From the human T2T-CHM13v2.0 reference genome, Homo sapiens: 64,000 nucleotides of DNA. The stretch lies in NCBI RefSeq assembly GCF_009914755.1, contig NC_060932.1; one strand, given 5' to 3'. Numbering within the stretch: position 1 is the stretch's first letter; each line of letters opens with the position of its first letter. A program made the position numbers and the translations under genes. Positions 9,465 through 23,400 of the stretch are shown here, piece by piece. The notes under the pieces were generated by a model. The model had not been told where the DNA came from. It saw only the letters and a program-made list of their open reading frames with translations, and did not search any database.

Positions 9465-12400
9465 TAATCTCAGAAACATGTTTATGCTGTATCTACTCAA
9501 CTAACTGTGCTGAACATTTCTATTGATAGAGCAGTTTTGAGACACTCTTCTTTTGGAATCTGCAAGTGGATATTTGGATAGATTTGAGGATTTCGTTGGA
9601 AACGGGATTATATATCAAAAGTAGACAGCAGCATTCTCAGAAACTTCTTTGTGATGTTTGCATCCAGCTCTCAGAGTTGAACATTCCCTTTCATAGAGTA
9701 GGTTTGAAACCCTCTTTTTATAGTGTCTGGAAGCGGGCATTTGGAGCGCTTTCAGGCCTATGCTGAAAAAGGAAATATCTACCTATAGAAACTAGACAGA
9801 AGCATTCTGAGAATCACGTTTGTGATGTGGGTACTCAACTAACAGTGTTGATCCATTCTTTTGATACAGCAGTTTTGAACCACACTTTTTGTAGAATCTG
9901 CAAGTGGATATTTGGATAGCTGTGAGGATTTCGTTGGAAACGGGAATGTCTTCATAGAAAATTTAGACAGAAGCATTCTCAGAACCTTGATTGTGATGTG
10001 TGTTCTCCACTAACAGAGTTGAACCTTTCTTTTGACAGAACTGTTCTGAAACATTCTTTTTATAGAATCTGGAAGTGGATATTTGGAAAGCTTTGAGGAT
10101 TTCGTTGGAAACGGGAATATCTTCAAATCAAATCTAGCCAGAAGCATTCTAAGAAACATCTTAGGGATGTTTACATTCAAGTCACAGAGTTGAACATTCC
10201 CTTTCACAGAGCAGGTTTGAAACAATCTTCTCGTACTATCTGGCAGTGGACATTTTGAGCTCCTTGGGGCCTATGCTGAAAAAGGAAATATCTTCCGACA
10301 AAAACTAGACAGAAGCATTCGCAGAATCACGTTTGTGATGTGTGCACTCAACTGTCAGAATTGAACCTTGGTTTGGACAGAGCACTTTTGAAACACTCTT
10401 TTTGTAGAATCTGCAGGTGGATATTTGGCTAGCTTTGAGGATTTCGTTGGAAACGGTAATGTCTTCAAAGAAAATCTAGACAGAAGCATTCTCAGAAACA
10501 CCTTCGTGATGTTTGCAATCAAGTCACAGAGTTGAACCTTCCGTTTCATAGAGCAGGTTGGAAAAACTCTTTTTGTAGTATCTGGAAGTGGACATTTGGA
10601 GCGCTTTCAGGCCTATGGTGAAAAAGGAAATATCTTCCCATAAAAACGACATAGAAGCTATCTCAGGAACTTGTTTATGATGCATCTAATCAACTAACAG
10701 TGTTGAACCTTTGTACTGACAGAGCAGTTTGAAACACTCTTTTTTTGGAATCTGCAAGTGGATATTTGGATCGCTTTGAGGATTTCGTTGGAAACGGGAT
10801 GCAATATAAAACGTACACAGCAGCATACTCAGAAAATACTTTGCCATATTTCCATTCAAGTCACAGAGTGGAACATTCCCATTCATAGAGCAGGTTTGAA
10901 ACACTCTTTTTGGAGTATCTGGAAGTGGACATTTGGAGCGCTTTCTGAACTATGGTGAAAAAGGAAATATCTTCCAATGAAAACAAGACAGAAGCATTCT
11001 GAGAAACTTATTTGTGATGTGTGTCCTCAACAAACGGACTTGAACCTTTCGTTTCATGCAGTACTTCTGGAACACTCTTTTTGAAGATTCTGCATGCGGA
11101 TATTTGGATAGCTTTGAGGATTTCGTTGGAAACGGGCTTACATGTAAAAATTAGACAGCAGCATTCTCAGAAACTTCTTTGTGGTGTCTGCATTCAAGTC
11201 ACAGAATTGAACATCCCCTCACATAGAGCAGTTGTGCAGCACTCTATTTGTAGTATCTGGAAGTGGACATTTGGAGGGCTTTGTAGCCTATCTGGAAAAA
11301 GGAAATATCTTCCCATGAATGCGAGATAGAAGTAATCTCAGAAACATGTTTATGCTGTATCTACTCAACTAACTGTGCTGAACATTTCTATTGATAGAGC
11401 AGTTTTGAGACACTCTTCTTTTGGAATCTGCAAGTGGATATTTGGATAGATTTGAGGATTTCGTTGGAAACGGGATTATATATCAAAAGTAGACAGCAGC
11501 ATTCTCAGAAACTTCTTTGTGATGTTTGCATCCAGCTCTCAGAGTTGAACATTCCCTTTCATAGAGTAGGTTTGAAACCCTCTTTTTATAGTGTCTGGAA
11601 GCGGGCATTTGGAGCGCTTTCAGGCCTATGCTGAAAAAGGAAATATCTACCTATAGAAACTAGACAGAAGCATTCTGAGAATCACGTTTGTGATGTGGGT
11701 ACTCAACTAACAGTGTTGATCCATTCTTTTGATACAGCAGTTTTGAACCACACTTTTTGTAGAATCTGCAAGTGGATATTTGGATAGCTGTGAGGATTTC
11801 GTTGGAAACGGGAATGTCTTCATAGAAAATTTAGACAGAAGCATTCTCAGAACCTTGATTGTGATGTGTGTTCTCCACTAACAGAGTTGAACCTTTCTTT
11901 TGACAGAACTGTTCTGAAACATTCTTTTTATAGAATCTGGAAGTGGATATTTGGAAAGCTTTGAGGATTTCGTTGGAAACGGGAATATCTTCAAATCAAA
12001 TCTAGCCAGAAGCATTCTAAGAAACATCTTAGGGATGTTTACATTCAAGTCACAGAGTTGAACATTCCCTTTCACAGAGCAGGTTTGAAACAATCTTCTC
12101 GTACTATCTGGCAGTGGACATTTTGAGCTCCTTGGGGCCTATGCTGAAAAAGGAAATATCTTCCGACAAAAACTAGACAGAAGCATTCGCAGAATCACGT
12201 TTGTGATGTGTGCACTCAACTGTCAGAATTGAACCTTGGTTTGGACAGAGCACTTTTGAAACACTCTTTTTGTAGAATCTGCAGGTGGATATTTGGCTAG
12301 CTTTGAGGATTTCGTTGGAAACGGTAATGTCTTCAAAGAAAATCTAGACAGAAGCATTCTCAGAAACACCTTCGTGATGTTTGCAATCAAGTCACAGAGT

Positions 12401-13200
12401 TGAACCTTCCGTTTCATAGAGCAGGTTGGAAACACTCTTTTTGTAGTATCTGGAAGTGGACATTTGGAGCGCTTTCAGGCCTATGGTGAAAAAGGAAATA
12501 TCTTCCCATAAAAACGACATAGAAGCTATCTCAGGAACTTGTTTATGATGCATCTAATCAACTAACAGTGTTGAACCTTTGTACTGACAGAGCAGTTTGA
12601 AACACTCTTTTTTTGGAATCTGCAAGTGGATATTTGGATCGCTTTGAGGATTTCGTTGGAAACGGGATGCAATATAAAACGTACACAGCAGCATACTCAG
12701 AAAATACTTTGCCATATTTCCATTCAAGTCACAGAGTGGAACATTCCCATTCATAGAGCAGGTTTGAAACACTCTTTTTGGAGTATCTGGAAGTGGACAT
12801 TTGGAGCGCTTTCTGAACTATGGTGAAAAAGGAAATATCTTCCAATGAAAACAAGACAGAAGCATTCTGAGAAACTTATTTGTGATGTGTGTCCTCAACA
12901 AACGGACTTGAACCTTTCGTTTCATGCAGTACTTCTGGAACACTCTTTTTGAAGATTCTGCATGCGGATATTTGGATAGCTTTGAGGATTTCGTTGGAAA
13001 CGGGCTTACATGTAAAAATTAGACAGCAGCATTCTCAGAAACTTCTTTGTGGTGTCTGCATTCAAGTCACAGAATTGAACATCCCCTCACATAGAGCAGT
13101 TGTGCAGCACTCTATTTGTAGTATCTGGAAGTGGACATTTGGAGGGCTTTGTAGCCTATCTGGAAAAAGGAAATATCTTCCCATGAATGCGAGATAGAAG
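9465..13200 (+). repeat. Two tandem 11-mer HORs (9465-11332, 11333-13200)
   Basis: Marker spacings 9566 to 11434 to 13302 = 1868 each; 675-bp blocks at 10602-11276 and 12470-13144. Confidence 0.96.
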
Positions 13201-15586
13201 TAATCTCAGAAACATGTTTATGCTGTATCTACTCAACTAACTGTGCTGAACATTTCTATTGATAGAGCAGTTTTGAGACACTCTTCTTTTGGAATCTGCA
13301 AGTGGATATTTGGATAGATTTGAGGATTTCCTTGGAAACGGGATTATATATAAAAAGTAGACAGCAGCATTCTCAGAAACTTCTTTGTGATGTTTGCATC
13401 CAGCTCTCAGAGTTGAACATTCCCTTTCATAGAGTAGGTTTGAAACCCTCTTTTTATAGTGTCTGGAAGCGGGCATTTGGAGCGCTTTCAGGCCTATGCT
13501 GAAAAAGGAAATATCTACCTATAGAAACTAGACAGAAGCATTCTGAGAATCACGTTTGTGATGTGGGTACTCAACTAACAGTGTTGATCCATTCTTTTGA
13601 TACAGCAGTTTTGAACCACACTTTTTGTAGAATCTGCAAGTGGATATTTGGATAGCTGTGAGGATTTCGTTGGAAACGGGAATGTCTTCATAGAAAATTT
13701 AGACAGAAGCATTCTCAGAACCTTGATTGTGATGTGTGTTCTCCACTAACAGAGTTGAACCTTTCTTTTGACAGAACTGTTCTGAAACATTCTTTTTATA
13801 GAATCTGGAAGTGGATATTTGGAAAGCTTTGAGGATTTCGTTGGAAACGGGAATATCTTCAAATAAAATCTAGCCAGAAGCATTCTAAGAAACATCTTAG
13901 GGATGTTTACATTCAAGTCACAGAGTTGAACATTCCCTTTCACAGAGCAGGTTTGAAACAATCTTCTCGTACTATCTGGCAGTGGACATTTTGAGCTCCT
14001 TGGGGCCTATGCTGAAAAAGGAAATATCTTCCGACAAAAACTAGACAGAAGCATTCGCAGAATCACGTTTGTGATGTGTGCACTCAACTGTCAGAATTGA
14101 ACCTTGGTTTGGACAGAGCACTTTTGAAACACTCTTTTTGTAGAATCTGCAGGTGGATATTTGGCTAGCTTTGAGGATTTCGTTGGAAACGGTAATGTCT
14201 TCAAAGAAAATCTAGACAGAAGCATTCTCAGAAACACCTTCGTGATGTTTGCAATCAAGTCACAGAGTTGAACCTTCCGTTTCATAGAGCAGGTTGGAAA
14301 CACTCTTTTTGTAGTATCTGGAAGTGGACATTGGGAGGGCTTTGTAGCCTTTCTGGAAAAAGGAAATATCTTCCCATGAATGCGAGATAGAAGTAATCTC
14401 AGAAACATGTTTATGCTGTATCTACTCAACTAACTGTGCTGAACATTTCTATTGATAGAGCAGTTTTGAGACACTCTTCTTTTGGAATCTGCAAGTGGAT
14501 ATTTGGATAGATTTGAGGATTTCGTTGGAAACGGGATTATATATAAAAAGTAGACAGCAGCATTCTCAGAAACTTCTTTGTGATGTTTGCATCCAGCTCT
14601 CAGAGTTGAACATTCCCTTTCATAGAGTAGGTTTGAAACCCTCTTTTTATAGTGTCTGGAAGCGGGCATTTGGAGCGCTTTCAGGCCTATGCTGAAAAAG
14701 GAAATATCTACCTATAGAAACTAGACAGAAGCATTCTGAGAATCACGTTTGTGATGTGGGTACTCAACTAACAGTGTTGATCCATTCTTTTGATACAGCA
14801 GTTTTGAACCACACTTTTTGTAGAATCTGCAAGTGGATATTTGGATAGCTGTGAGGATTTCGTTGGAAACGGGAATGTCTTCATAGAAAATTTAGACAGA
14901 AGCATTCTCAGAACCTTGATTGTGATGTGTGTTCTCCACTAACAGAGTTGAACCTTTCTTTTGACAGAACTGTTCTGAAACATTCTTTTTATAGAATCTG
15001 GAAGTGGATATTTGGAAAGCTTTGAGGATTTCGTTGGAAACGGGAATATCTTCAAATCAAATCTAGCCAGAAGCATTCTAAGAAACATCTTAGGGATGTT
15101 TACATTCAAGTCACAGAGTTGAACATTCCCTTTCACAGAGCAGGTTTGAAACAATCTTCTCGTACTATCTGGCAGTGGACATTTTGAGCTCCTTGGGGCC
15201 TATGCTGAAAAAGGAAATATCTTCCGACAAAAACTAGACAGAAGCATTCGCAGAATCACGTTTGTGATGTGTGCACTCAACTGTCAGAATTGAACCTTGG
15301 TTTGGACAGAGCACTTTTGAAACACTCTTTTTGTAGAATCTGCAGGTGGATATTTGGCTAGCTTTGAGGATTTCGTTGGAAACGGTAATGTCTTCAAAGA
15401 AAATCTAGACAGAAGCATTCTCAGAAACACCTTCGTGATGTTTGCAATCAAGTCACAGAGTTGAACCTTCCGTTTCATAGAGCAGGTTGGAAACACTCTT
15501 TTTGTAGTATCTGGAAGTGGACATTTGGAGGGCTTTGTAGCCTATCTGGAAAAAGGAAATATCTTCCCATGAATGCGAGATAGAAG
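13201..15586 (+). repeat. Two tandem 7-mer HORs
   Basis: Marker spacings 13302 to 14495 to 15688 = 1193 each. Confidence 0.95.
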
Positions 15587-17454
15587 TAATCTCAGAAACA
15601 TGTTTATGCTGTATCTACTCAACTAACTGTGCTGAACATTTCTATTGATAGAGCAGTTTTGAGACACTCTTCTTTTGGAATCTGCAAGTGGATATTTGGA
15701 TAGATTTGAGGATTTCGTTGGAAACGGGATTATATATAAAAAGTAGACAGCAGCATTCTCAGAAACTTCTTTGTGATGTTTGCATCCAGCTCTCAGAGTT
15801 GAACATTCCCTTTCATAGAGTAGGTTTGAAACCCTCTTTTTATAGTGTCTGGAAGCGGGCATTTGGAGCGCTTTCAGGCCTATGCTGAAAAAGGAAATAT
15901 CTACCTATAGAAACTAGACAGAAGCATTCTGAGAATCACGTTTGTGATGTGGGTACTCAACTAACAGTGTTGATCCATTCTTTTGATACAGCAGTTTTGA
16001 ACCACACTTTTTGTAGAATCTGCAAGTGGATATTTGGATAGCTGTGAGGATTTCGTTGGAAACGGGAATGTCTTCATAGAAAATTTAGACAGAAGCATTC
16101 TCAGAACCTTGATTGTGATGTGTGTTCTCCACTAACAGAGTTGAACCTTTCTTTTGACAGAACTGTTCTGAAACATTCTTTTTATAGAATCTGGAAGTGG
16201 ATATTTGGAAAGCTTTGAGGATTTCGTTGGAAACGGGAATATCTTCAAATAAAATCTAGCCAGAAGCATTCTAAGAAACATCTTAGGGATGTTTACATTC
16301 AAGTCACAGAGTTGAACATTCCCTTTCACAGAGCAGGTTTGAAACAATCTTCTCGTACTATCTGGCAGTGGACATTTTGAGCTCCTTGGGGCCTATGCTG
16401 AAAAAGGAAATATCTTCCGACAAAAACTAGACAGAAGCATTCGCAGAATCACGTTTGTGATGTGTGCACTCAACTGTCAGAATTGAACCTTGGTTTGGAC
16501 AGAGCACTTTTGAAACACTCTTTTTGTAGAATCTGCAGGTGGATATTTGGCTAGCTTTGAGGATTTCGTTGGAAACGGTAATGTCTTCAAAGAAAATCTA
16601 GACAGAAGCATTCTCAGAAACACCTTCGTGATGTTTGCAATCAAGTCACAGAGTTGAACCTTCCGTTTCATAGAGCAGGTTGGAAACACTCTTTTTGTAG
16701 TATCTGGAAGTGGACATTTGGAGCGCTTTCAGGCCTATGGTGAAAAAGGAAATATCTTCCCATAAAAACGACATAGAAGCTATCTCAGGAACTTGTTTAT
16801 GATGCATCTAATCAACTAACAGTGTTGAACCTTTGTACTGACAGAGCAGTTTGAAACACTCTTTTTTTGGAATCTGCAAGTGGATATTTGGATCGCTTTG
16901 AGGATTTCGTTGGAAACGGGATGCAATATAAAACGTACACAGCAGCATACTCAGAAAATACTTTGCCATATTTCCATTCAAGTCACAGAGTGGAACATTC
17001 CCATTCATAGAGCAGGTTGGAAACACTCTTTTTGGAGTATCTGGAAGTGGACATTTGGAGCGCTTTCTGAACTATGGTGAAAAAGGAAATATCTTCCAAT
17101 GAAAACAAGACAGAAGCATTCTGAGAAACTTATTTGTGATGTGTGTCCTCAACAAACGGACTTGAACCTTTCGTTTCATGCAGTACTTCTGGAACACTCT
17201 TTTTGAAGATTCTGCATGCGGATATTTGGATAGCTTTGAGGATCTCGTTGGAAACGGGCTTACATGTAAAAATTAGACAGCAGCATTCTCAGAAACTTCT
17301 TTGTGGTGTCTGCATTCAAGTCACAGAATTGAACATCCCCTCACATAGAGCAGTTGTGCAGCACTCTATTTGTAGTATCTGGAAGTGGACATTTGGAGGG
17401 CTTTGTAGCCTATCTGGAAAAAGGAAATATCTTCCCATGAATGCGAGATAGAAG
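15587..17454 (+). repeat. Full 11-mer HOR (last one in the window)
   Basis: Marker spacing 15688 to 17556 = 1868; 675-bp block at 16724-17398. Confidence 0.96.
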
Positions 17455-20400
17455 TAATCTCAGAAACATGTTTATGCTGTATCTACTCAACTAACTGTGC
17501 TGAACATTTCTATTGATAGAGCAGTTTTGAGACACTCTTCTTTTGGAATCTGCAAGTGGATATTTGGATAGATTTGAGGATTTCGTTGGAAACGGGATTA
17601 TATATAAAAAGTAGACAGCAGCATTCTCAGAAACTTCTTTGTGATGTTTGCATCCAGCTCTCAGAGTTGAACATTCCCTTTCATAGAGTAGGTTTGAAAC
17701 CCTCTTTTTATAGTGTCTGGAAGTGGGCATTTGGAGCGCTTTCAGGCCTATGCTGAAAAAGGAAATATCTACCTATAGAAACTAGACAGAAGCATTCTGA
17801 GAATCACGTTTGTGATGTGGGTACTCAACTAACAGTGTTGATCCATTCTTTTGATACAGAAGTTTTGAACCACACTTTTTGTAGAATCTGCAAGTGGATA
17901 TTTGGATAGCTGTGAGGATTTCGTTGGAAACGGGAATGTCTTCATAGAAAATTTAGACAGAAGCATTCTCAGAACCTTGATTGTGATGTGTGTTCTCCAC
18001 TAACAGAGTTGAACCTTTCTTTTGACAGAACTGTTCTGAAACATTCTTTTTATAGAATCTGGAAGTGGATATTTGGAAAGCTTTGAGGATTTCGTTGGAA
18101 ACGGGAATATCTTCAAATCAAATCTAGCCAGAAGCATTCTAAGAAACATCTTAGGGATGTTTACATTCAAGTCACAGAGTTGAACATTCCCTTTCACAGA
18201 GCAGGTTTGAAACAATCTTCTCGTACTATCTGGCAGTGGACATTTTGAGCTCCTTGGGGCCTATGCTGAAAAAGGAAATATCTTCCGACAAAAACTAGAC
18301 AGAAGCATTCGCAGAATCACGTTTGTGATGTGTGCACTCAACTGTCAGAATTGAACCTTGGTTTGGACAGAGCACTTTTGAAACACTCTTTTTGTGGAAT
18401 CTGCAGGTGGATATTTGGCTAGCTTTGAGGATTTCGTTGGAAACGGTAATGTCTTCAAAGAAAATCTAGACAGAAGCATTCTCAGAAACACCTTCGTGAT
18501 GTTTGCAATCAAGTCACAGAGTTGAACCTTCCGTTTCATAGAGCAGGTTGGAAACACTCTTTTTGTAGTATCTGGAAGTGGACATTTGGAGGGCTTTGTA
18601 GCCTATCTGGAAAAAGGAAATATCTTCCCATGAATGCGAGATAGAAGTAATCTCAGAAACATGTTTATGCTGTATCTACTCAACTAACTGTGCTGAACAT
18701 TTCTATTGATAGAGCAGTTTTGAGACACTCTTCTTTTGGAATCTGCAAGTGGATATTTGGATAGATTTGAGGATTTCGTTGGAAACGGGATTATATATAA
18801 AAAGTAGACAGCAGCATTCTCAGAAACTTCTTTGTGATGTTTGCATCCAGCTCTCAGAGTTGAACATTCCCTTTCATAGAGTAGGTTTGAAACCCTCTTT
18901 TTATAGTGTCTGGAAGCGGGCATTTGGAGCGCTTTCAGGCCTATGCTGAAAAAGGAAATATCTACCTATAGAAACTAGACAGAAGCATTCTGAGAATCAC
19001 GTTTGTGATGTGGGTACTCAACTAACAGTGTTGATCCATTCTTTTGATACAGCAGTTTTGAACCACACTTTTTGTAGAATCTGCAAGTGGATATTTGGAT
19101 AGCTGTGAGGATTTCGTTGGAAACGGGAATGTCTTCATAGAAAATTTAGACAGAAGCATTCTCAGAACCTTGATTGTGATGTGTGTTCTCCACTAACAGA
19201 GTTGAACCTTTCTTTTGACAGAACTGTTCTGAAACATTCTTTTTATAGAATCTGGAAGTGGATATTTGGAAAGCTTTGAGGATTTCGTTGGAAACGGGAA
19301 TATCTTCAAATCAAATCTAGCCAGAAGCATTCTAAGAAACATCTTAGGGATGTTTACATTCAAGTCACAGAGTTGAACATTCCCTTTCACAGAGCAGGTT
19401 TGAAACAATCTTCTCGTACTATCTGGCAGTGGACATTTTGAGCTCCTTGGGGCCTATGCTGAAAAAGGAAATATCTTCCGACAAAAACTAGACAGAAGCA
19501 TTCGCAGAATCACGTTTGTGATGTGTGCACTCAACTGTCAGAATTGAACCTTGGTTTGGACAGAGCACTTTTGAAACACTCTTTTTGTAGAATCTGCAGG
19601 TGGATATTTGGCTAGCTTTGAGGATTTCGTTGGAAACGGTAATGTCTTCAAAGAAAATCTAGACAGAAGCATTCTCAGAAACACCTTCGTGATGTTTGCA
19701 ATCAAGTCACAGAGTTGAACCTTCCGTTTCATAGAGCAGGTTGGAAACACTCTTTTTGTAGTATCTGGAAGTGGACATTTGGAGGGCTTTGTAGCCTATC
19801 TGGAAAAAGGAAATATCTTCCCATGAATGCGAGATAGAAGTAATCTCAGAAACATGTTTATGCTGTATCTACTCAACTAACTGTGCTGAACATTTCTATT
19901 GATAGAGCAGTTTTGAGACACTCTTCTTTTGGAATCTGCAAGTGGATATTTGGATAGATTTGAGGATTTCGTTGGAAACGGGATTATATATAAAAAGTAG
20001 ACAGCAGCATTCTCAGAAACTTCTTTGTGATGTTTGCATCCAGCTCTCAGAGTTGAACATTCCCTTTCATAGAGTAGGTTTGAAACCCTCTTTTTATAGT
20101 GTCTGGAAGCGGGCATTTGGAGCGCTTTCAGGCCTATGCTGAAAAAGGAAATATCTACCTATAGAAACTAGACAGAAGCATTCTGAGAATCACGTTTGTG
20201 ATGTGGGTACTCAACTAACAGTGTTGATCCATTCTTTTGATACAGCAGTTTTGAACCACACTTTTTGTAGAATCTGCAAGTGGATATTTGGATAGCTGTG
20301 AGGATTTCGTTGGAAACGGGAATGTCTTCATAGAAAATTTAGACAGAAGCATTCTCAGAACCTTGATTGTGATGTGTGTTCTCCACTAACAGAGTTGAAC

Positions 20401-23400
20401 CTTTCTTTTGACAGAACTGTTCTGAAACATTCTTTTTATAGAATCTGGAAGTGGATATTTGGAAAGCTTTGAGGATTTCGTTGGAAACGGGAATATCTTC
20501 AAATAAAATCTAGCCAGAAGCATTCCAAGAAACATCTTAGGGATGTTTACATTCAAGTCACAGAGTTGAACATTCCCTTTCACAGAGCAGGTTTGAAACA
20601 ATCTTCTCGTACTATCTGGCAGTGGACATTTTGAGCTCCTTGGGGCCTATGCTGAAAAAGGAAATATCTTCCGACAAAAACTAGACGGAAGCATTCGCAG
20701 AATCACGTTTGTGATGTGTGCACTCAACTGTCAGAATTGAACCTTGGTTTGGACAGAGCACTTTTGAAACACTCTTTTTGTAGAATCTGCAGGTGGATAT
20801 TTAGCTAGCTTTGAGGATTTCGTTGGAAACGGTAATGTCTTCAAAGAAAATCTAGACAGAAGCATTCTCAGAAACACCTTCGTGATGTTTGCAATCAAGT
20901 CACAGAGTTGAACCTTCCGTTTCATAGAGCAGGTTGGAAACACTCTTTTTGTAGTATCTGGAAGTGGACATTTGGAGGGCTTTGTAGCCTATCTGGAAAA
21001 AGGAAATATCTTCCCATGAATGCGAGATAGAAGTAATCTCAGAAACATGTTTATGCTGTATCTACTCAACTAACTGTGCTGAACATTTCTATTGATAGAG
21101 CAGTTTTGAGACACTCTTCTTTTGGAATCTGCAAGTGGATATTTGGATAGATTTGAGGATTTCGTTGGAAACGGGATTATATATAAAAAGTAGACAGCAG
21201 CATTCTCAGAAACTTCTTTGTGATGTTTGCATCCAGCTCTCAGAGTTGAACATTCCCTTTCATAGAGTAGGTTTGAAACCCTCTTTTTATAGTGTCTGGA
21301 AGCGGGCATTTGGAGCGCTTTCGGGCCTATGCTGAAAAAGGAAATATCTACCTATAGAAACTAGACAGAAGCATTCTGAGAATCACGTTTGTGATGTGGG
21401 TACTCAACTAACAGTGTTGATCCATTCTTTTGATACAGCAGTTTTGAACCACACTTTTTGTAGAATCTGCAAGTGGATATTTGGATAGCTGTGAGGATTT
21501 CGTTGGAAACGGGAATGTCTTCATAGAAAATTTAGACAGAAGCATTCTCAGAACCTTGATTGTGATGTGTGTTCTCCACTAACAGAGTTGAACCTTTCTT
21601 TTGACAGAACTGTTCTGAAACATTCTTTTTATAGAATCTGGAAGTGGATATTTGGAAAGCTTTGAGGATTTCGTTGGAAACGGGAATATCTTCAAATCAA
21701 ATCTAGCCAGAAGCATTCTAAGAAACATCTTAGGGATGTTTACATTCAAGTCACAGAGTTGAACATTCCCTTTCACAGAGCAGGTTTGAAACAATCTTCT
21801 CGTACTATCTGGCAGTGGACATTTTGAGCTCCTTGGGGCCTATGCTGAAAAAGGAAATATCTTCCGACAAAAACTAGACAGAAGCATTCGCAGAATCACG
21901 TTTGTGATGTGTGCACTCAACTGTCAGAATTGAACCTTGGTTTGGACAGAGCACTTTTGAAACACTCTTTTTGTAGAATCTGCAGGTGGATATTTGGCTA
22001 GCTTTGAGGATTTCGTTGGAAACGGTAATGTCTTCAAAGAAAATCTAGACAGAAGCATTCTCAGAAACACCTTCGTGATGTTTGCAATCAAGTCACAGAG
22101 TTGAACCTTCCGTTTCATAGAGCAGGTTGGAAACACTCTTTTTGTAGTATCTGGAAGTGGACATTTGGAGGGCTTTGTAGCCTATGTGGAAAAAGGAAAT
22201 ATCTTCCCATGAATGCGAGATAGAAGTAATCTCAGAAACATGTTTATGCTGTATCTACTCAACTAACTGTGCTGAACATTTCTATTGATAGAGCAGTTTT
22301 GAGACACTCTTCTTTTGGAATCTGCAAGTGGATATTTGGATAGATTTGAGGATTTCGTTGGAAACGGGATTATATATCAAAAGTAGACAGCAGCATTCTC
22401 AGAAACTTCTTTGTGATGTTTGCATCCAGCTCTCAGAGTTGAACATTCCCTTTCATAGAGTAGGTTTGAAACCCTCTTTTTATAGTGTCTGGAAGCGGGC
22501 ATTTGGAGCGCTTTCAGGCCTATGCTGAAAAGGAAATATCTACCTATGGAAACTAGACAGAAGCATTCTGAGAATCACGTTTGTGATGTGGGTACTCAAC
22601 TAACAGTGTTGATCCATTCTTTTGATACAGCAGTTTTGAACCACACTTTTTGTAGAATCTGCAAGTGGATATTTGGATAGCTGTGAGGATTTCGTTGGAA
22701 ACGGGAATGTCTTCATAGAAAATTTAGACAGAAGCATTCTCAGAACCTTGATTGTGAAGTGTGTTCTCCACTAACAGAGTTGAACCTTTCTTTTGACAGA
22801 ACTGTTCTGAAACATTCTTGTTATAGAATCTGGAAGTGGATATTTGGAAAGCTTTGAGGATTTCGTTGGAAACGGGAATATCTTCAAATCAAATCTAGCC
22901 AGAAGCATTCTAAGAAACATCTTAGGGATGTTTACATTCAAGTCACAGAGTTGAACATTCCCTTTCACAGAGCAGGTTTGAAACAATCTTCTCGTACTAT
23001 CTGGCAGTGGACATTTTGAGCTCCTTGGGGCCTATGCTGAAAAAGGAAATATCTTCCGACAAAAACTAGACAGAAGCATTCGCAGAATCACGTTTGTGAT
23101 GTGTGCACTCAACTGTCAGAATTGAACCTTGGTTTGGACAGAGCACTTTTGAAACACTCTTTTTGTAGAATCTGCAGGTGGATATTTGGCTAGCTTTGAG
23201 GATTTCGTTGGAAACGGTAATGTCTTCAAAGAAAATCTAGACAGAAGCATTCTCAGAAACACCTTCGTGATGTTTGCAATCAAGTCACAGAGTTGAACCT
23301 TCCGTTTCATAGAGCAGGTTGGAAACACTCTTTTTGTAGTATCTGGAAGTGGACATTTGGAGGGCTTTGTAGCCTATGTGGAAAAAGGAAATATCTTCCC

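Noticed and set aside
14091-14429. Longest ORF (112 aa, minus strand) and the 94-aa ORFs at 48168, 52938 and 56515
   Set aside because: Extensions arise from a private SNV (14351) or the 2-bp deletion; no evidence of coding function.
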